DNA of 63,576 nucleotides, the filler included, from Octopus bimaculoides (Eukaryota), in assembly GCF_001194135.2 (NCBI RefSeq). It is 4 parts of 4 records of this genome, joined end to end, with 100 filler letters (N's around TTAATTAATTAA, not from the genome) between each part and the next. Parts side by side here need not be neighbours in the genome. Positions count along the whole stretch, not along the records: positions 46,906 to 60,568 come from NC_068997.1; positions 60,669 to 63,576 come from NC_068983.1; 2 more parts are not named here. The stretch is one strand, 5' to 3'. The notes below the pieces were generated by a model that worked only from the letters and a program-made list of their open reading frames with translations, did not search any database and had not been told where the DNA came from. Position 1 is the stretch's first letter; each line of letters opens with the position of its first letter. Positions 58,205 through 63,576 of the stretch are shown here, piece by piece. Made by a program: the position numbers and the translations under genes.

Positions 58205-58783
58205 CTTTTCTCCTCTAGGCACAAGGCTAGAAATTTTGTGGGAGAGGCCAGTCGATTAGATCGACCCAGTATGCAACTGGTGAAAGTCAACCTCGGCGGA
58301 ATTTGAACTCAGAACGTAAAGACAGACGAAATACCTATTTCGTTATTGCCCACAAGGGGCTAAACATAGAGGGAACAAACAAGAATAGACGAACGGATTA
58401 AGTCGATTACATCGACCCCAGTGCGTAACTGGTACTTAATTTATCGACCCCGAAAGGATGAAAGGCAAAGTCGACCTCGGCGGAATTTGAACTCAGAACG
58501 TAACGGCAGACGAAATACCGCTAAGCATTTCCCGGCGTGCTAACATTTCTTATTTCTTTATTGCCCACAAGGGGCTAAACATAGAGGGGAGAAGCAAAAA
58601 CAAAGGGATTAAGTCGATTACATCGATCCCCTGTGCGTAACTGGTACTTAATTTATCGACCCCGAAAGGGTAAAAGACAAAATCAACATCGGCGGAATTT
58701 GAACTCAGAACGTAACGGCAGACAAAATACCGCTAAGCATTTCACCTGGCGTGCTAACGTTTCTGCCAGCTAGCCGTCTTAGC
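58205..58783 (-). mobile_element. Tandem trimer of SINE S2 bounded by a 13-bp direct repeat GATCAGCGAAATT
   Basis: Three copies of the cggcggaatttgaactcagaacgtaa core; direct repeats at 58192-58204 and 58784-58796. Confidence 0.88.
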
Positions 58784-58899
58784 GATCAGCGAAATTTTTC
58801 TAACGACAAAACACCTTCATATTGTTGAAAGACGATATAGATTTGTAGAATTTAGTTATGTCCCATTGCTTTTTTTAATTATTTTATTCTTATCTTTTA

Positions 58900-59640
58900 G
58901 TTTTTATTTTAACGCATTTCAGTCATTGGACTGTTGGGGGTCCCGTCTTGAAGAGTATAGCCGAAGGAACCGACACCAGTACTTATTTGGGAAGCCTGGC
59001 TACTTATTCCATCGGTCACTTTCCGTTTGCCAAATCCCATTACAAGGATTTATTCAGTCCAGCCCTATAGGAGAAGTTGCCACGCAGAGGGACTGTGGGG
59101 GAATTTGAACTTAGAACGGAAAGACATACAAAATATCGCTAATTTATTTGCCTGGCGTGCTAATGATCCTGCCATCACGTCTCCATGACAGCACGGGAAA
59201 TAATATGCTTAAGGATGTTTATGGCATGAGTATTAACAAGATGGTTGTTGGCAACAGCTTTGTGAATTCTCTTAACATATTTTCCCATTGTTTATTTTAT
59301 GGTAGAATAGTTTCCAAAGTGGAATCAGATTTTGTTGTGCTGAACGTAGTTTTGTTACAAGAACAACAACACAATTTAATTTTGCGGACTAATCATCAAA
59401 ATAAAGACTATCAATTTTCTTTTTTTCTTTTACTGTTTCACTCACTGGATTGCTGCCATGCTGGAGCACCGCCTTTAAGGGTTTAGCCGGATAAATCAAC
59501 CTCACTGCTTATATTTTAAGCCTGTTATTTATTCTATCTGTCTATTTTGCCAATCCTCTATGTTACGGGGACATAAACAAACCAACATCCATTATAAAGC
59601 AATAATAGGGGACAAACACATACACGCACACACACGCACA
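58900..59640 (-). mobile_element. Cluster of diverged S1 tail halves (about 58900-59100 and 59425-59640)
   Basis: ttcagtcattggactg..., gctggagcaccgcc..., gttacggggacataaacaaaccaacatc. Confidence 0.6.
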
Positions 59641-60379
59641 CAAACCACAACACATCACACCACACATGCATACATACCTAAGCTCACCGTGCGTGCGTAT
59701 GTGGCTTGGGTGCATAAACATGTACGTGTAATTGGTGGTGGTGCATCTATGCGTGTGGGTATGGTGTATATGTGTGCATGTCTGCGTGAATGTGTATTCC
59801 CCAACCTGTCCACCTTATAAAAGCCTTCAATTATTCTTCTGCTGACCACCGCTAAAAAACTGATTGAAACCCGAGTCAATGGTGTATATTTGACCACACT
59901 TCTATTTCCTCATTTCTCTGCCCCAACCCTATCTTCAAAGAGTTGCATGATAATTCTTTGTTCAATGCTGTCTTGATTGAAGAACCGACTACTTATCGCG
60001 AAACCTCTTGGGTGAGAGACTACCGTTATTCTGGGTCTCCCTAACTAGCACTAATGTCACGATAAAGTGCATACTCGTGGCCTAAATAGACTCTTACACT
60101 AAACATTTGAATTAGAGACGAATCTCTTCGAAACGATATTTATATATATAAGAACACATACATATGCATACATATATGGACAAACGTACAGTTATTTATT
60201 TTATGTGTGTAATATATATGATAACTGTAGAAATAAAACAGTCTTAGAAAAAAACTATTATATAAAAATAACATTAATCCGAATGTCAACAGTTTCGTTG
60301 TTATTTAGAAATGAAAACCAAACTTGGAAGACAGACATTCGAATATAGTATATGTTGTGGGAATTAAGGGATGTTAGAG

Positions 60380-60418
<39 letters not shown>

Positions 60419-60568
60419 TGGTGTGTTTGTCTAAGAGAGAGAGAAGGGGAGAAGGAGAGAGGGACAACAGAAGAGATGAAGGAGAATATTTGATTAAAGA
60501 AATACATTAGGTTAGAAAAATAACCATGAAACAAAAGTGACACGAGGAACAAGTGCCGATAGGATAAT

Positions 60569-60668
60569 NNNNNNNNNNNNNNNNNNNNNNNNNNNNNNNN
60601 NNNNNNNNNNNNTTAATTAATTAANNNNNNNNNNNNNNNNNNNNNNNNNNNNNNNNNNNNNNNNNNNN
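60569..60668. other. Artificial scaffold linker
   Basis: Same 44N-TTAATTAATTAA-44N structure. Confidence 0.97.
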
Positions 60669-60702
<34 letters not shown>

Positions 60703-60804
60703 GGGCTACAGAATGACATGGTAAAAGGAAAGAAAGAAAAGCATTTCTATAGCAAAAATATATTTTAAAAAAACTGAACTGAAATCTACAAAGAAAGTTC
60801 ATAA

Positions 60805-61345
60805 CACTAGGTTAGAAGCGCAGGTCTCAAAGCTGAAAGTGAAGGATTTCAAATCGCAGTAAAGAGTCAAAGCCTTTCCCTCAGAAACTACAAAAAGCAT
60901 GTAACTAGAGAATATGCGAAGATAAAAGAAAAACAATTAACCATATTGTCTCTAACTGGTCAGTTTTTGCCAAGAAAGAATACATCCACAAGCATGAGAG
61001 AGCTAGAGCCGACATACGCTGGAAGTTGAGCCAGTGTTATCGAATACAAACAGAAAGATACGAAAAAGGCATACACAAAGAAAAGGTCTCAAAGAGTGAC
61101 AAAACTGTTATAAGTTAGGATATGTCAATATATACAGCAAGGGAGAGATCAAGATGATTCAACTAAGTATTGTAGTCAAAGATTACCAGGAAAGAAGTGC
61201 CTTCTGAGCGAACTGTCAGTCCCTACATATGACAAGGATAAAATGAAGAAATATTACAAGGATAAAATGAAGAAATATTATAAGGATAAAATGAAGAAAT
61301 ATAAAGGTCTATGACAGAAATAAGCTGAGTGTGGGGTGTGAAGAA
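60805..61345 (+). mobile_element. Degenerate R4/Dong-like (RLE-type) non-LTR retrotransposon C-terminal region
   Basis: Frameshifted peptides GLKAESEGFQIAVKSQSLSLRNYKKHV and KTINHIVSNWSVFAKKEYIHKHERARADIRWKLSQCYRIQ match the ETxxHIxxxC / Y..RHD..HW.LC pattern preceding the RLE endonuclease. Confidence 0.7.
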
Positions 61346-61625
61346 AATTATTTTGGGAAGGATTAAAATATCTTACATCATATTCGTAACCCGGATGTGG
61401 GGTGTGACATACGTACTTTGAGAAGGATTTTTTTTTAAATCTCACATAAAATTCGTAACGCGAGCGTAGGGTGTGAAATAAATACCTTGGGAAGAATTGT
61501 AAAATCATATATGGAATACGTAAATCGAATGTGGGATGGGAAATAGGTAACTTGAGAAGGATTTAAAAAAAAAATCATACTTCTAATATGTAACTCGGAT
61601 GCGAGATGTGAAACAGGTATTTTGT
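61331..61625. repeat. Diverged minisatellite, about 65-70 bp unit, roughly 4.3 copies
   Basis: Units start gtggggtgtg / gtggggtgtg / gtagggtgtg / gtgggatggg / gcgagatgtg, each with tt(t)g(a/g)gaag(g/a)att and cgtaa/gtaac. Confidence 0.75.
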
Positions 61626-63319
61626 GACAGATCAAAAGTCGTGCGAGCAAATATTTAACCAAAGCGCCTGGATTTATAATTATGCATACACAGAAAGTAT
61701 CATTACAAGGTACTATGCACATAGTACATATTTTCCATTGCCTTCTGATTTTTAAGTTACTTGTGTGTAACTGGTGGATGATTTAGCAGCCTTTTTTCTT
61801 CTTTTTTTTTCTAACAGATCCAGCAAACTAGGAATCTCCGGATTTGACCTCTGATCCTCACTGTAAATATCTTTGCAGGAAAATACCTACCTGCAAGTCC
61901 TGGCTATTTTCAATCGGATTTTCCGATACACAATGTGTACCACAATCACGCGTCACCACTACCACGAACACCGATACTCCAACCACCACCACCACTGCCG
62001 AGGCCGATGACGACGACGATGACGACGACGACAACGATGATGATGATGACGATGATGAGGATGATGATGACAATGATGAGGATGATGATGTCAACGATGA
62101 TAACAACGATTAAGATACCAACATCAAAGTTGGGACGACGACGACAACGATGATGACGATGATGATAATGAAGCTGGAAGTTTATAGTACGTGAAAAGTA
62201 TATGAACCTGACGAATTGCGATCGAGAACAGGTGAACAACCTTTTACAGAAAAATAAATGTAGGTCTACCTTGTAATGATACCGCATCTGCTTCTTCTTA
62301 TATTTACTACGTTTTCTCTGTCTGTCTCTTTCCTACACTCGCTCTCCTCCAGCTTTTCTGTCTATCATCATATTTATCTTCTGCTATTTCTACTCATCCT
62401 GTATCTATTTCTCTTTAAGTGTATATATATACGTGTGAGCGTGTGCGTGCGTGTGTTTCTTTGAGGCATTATGAGAGTGTATTTTATACCAGGTAAAAAG
62501 AACACGTATACACACAACTGATGCACACACTATATGTACACGTACATGCATGCATGTATCCATAAATACATGTACATGTATACATATCTATAAATATATA
62601 TGTTCATATACATACACACACTTACATACATACATGCATGCATGCATGCATGCATGTATGTATGTATGTATGTATGTATGTATACGGGGGTGGGGGGTGG
62701 CGACTATCTGATGTCTGGTCGAGGTAGGAAGGCGCTGCATGGAAACTGCGGACGCGAACCCTGATGAAGCTGAATTCTGGTGCAATAATCTCATGCACGG
62801 GTATTGCTGGCATTTTGCATGAACAATGGTCAATGATGGTCTTTCTTGAGCACGAATGGACAGCCATCCTCCTCCTCCTCCTCCTCCTCCCCTTCCTCCT
62901 CCTCCTCCTCATCATCATCATCATCGTCATCATCATCATTGTCATCATCATAAGTGTGTGTACATGTATATGTAGCACTATTCCACGGCAAGCTTCCTGC
63001 TATATCACTCATTGTATGATCCCGTATTCGCTATATAGCAGAGTTGTTGGATTTCATAGAAGCGTGTAACTACAAGGTACACATCATTGACAAGCCCCCA
63101 AGGAGAGTGAAACTCGTCTGGCTTTCCCGTGGATCGTGGCTACAAGGATGTCTAAAGGATTTTCAACCCAACGTCTATGAAGAGGTTTTCCTTCTGATAA
63201 ACACCATAACATCATGTCTCTCAATGGTGTATATATGGTAGGTATGATACACAGATGACGTTTCTATTTTAAAGTGGTTTCACTTATGAACACCGAGAAT
63301 GTATGTATGTATGTATGTA

Positions 63320-63560
63320 TGTAACTTCCGGTCAGCCATTGTTATGATCGGCCATTATTATGATTGACCGTTGACTGAACACTATTCAATTTTTTTTCTC
63401 CGTGTTTTTCTCCTTGTCTCCGTATTCTTTCTGTTGAAGAGCGTAGCTCGAAACGTCAAAGACTTTCCGTATTCCCGAGCGTCACACTAATATATCCTTT
63501 TGTAATTTACACCACCTGTCCTCGTCTGTTGTTATTATTTGTATATTCTCCCATACATAT
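63320..63560 (+). mobile_element. Penelope-like pseudo-LTR with hammerhead-like core (63431-63490)
   Basis: ctgttgaagagcgtagctcgaaacg...gagcgtc. Confidence 0.55.
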
Positions 63561-63576
63561 ATATATATATGTGTAT

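Noticed and set aside
61801-62113. Acceptor at 61816-61817 and an Asp-rich ORF
   Set aside because: All three frames stop shortly after the AG, and the acidic ORF is a (GAT/GAC)n microsatellite

Overview
AT-rich, microsatellite-dense eukaryotic genomic DNA. The repeat families and simple-repeat load suggest an octopod cephalopod (Octopus), which is my inference. The window is not one contiguous locus: three identical artificial spacers (44 N + TTAATTAATTAA + 44 N at 29395-29494, 46806-46905, 60569-60668) join four separate scaffolds. The only well-supported protein-coding gene is an 18-exon, 5'-partial DDX43-like DEAD-box RNA helicase on the + strand (30105-46196, about 612 aa). All its helicase motifs are intact, but it has an acidic/RGG region where DDX43 normally carries a KH domain. 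The rest is intronic or intergenic: at least three tRNA-derived SINE-like families, fossils of mariner, maT (DD37D), Tigger/pogo, piggyBac-like, Helitron-like, CR1/Jockey-like LINE, R4/Dong-like and Penelope-like elements, a MULE-like MITE with a 9-bp TSD, and many micro/minisatellites. Almost all ORFs in the supplied track are microsatellite or N-gap artefacts. I found no rRNA, bona fide tRNA or CRISPR array, and no clearly new multi-gene system. The best leads are the apparently KH-less DDX43, the nested MULE-like MITE, a CpG-decay (gene-body methylation) footprint, a candidate intronic promoter, and Penelope-type hammerhead-like motifs. All alignments were made by eye, and repeat boundaries are approximate.
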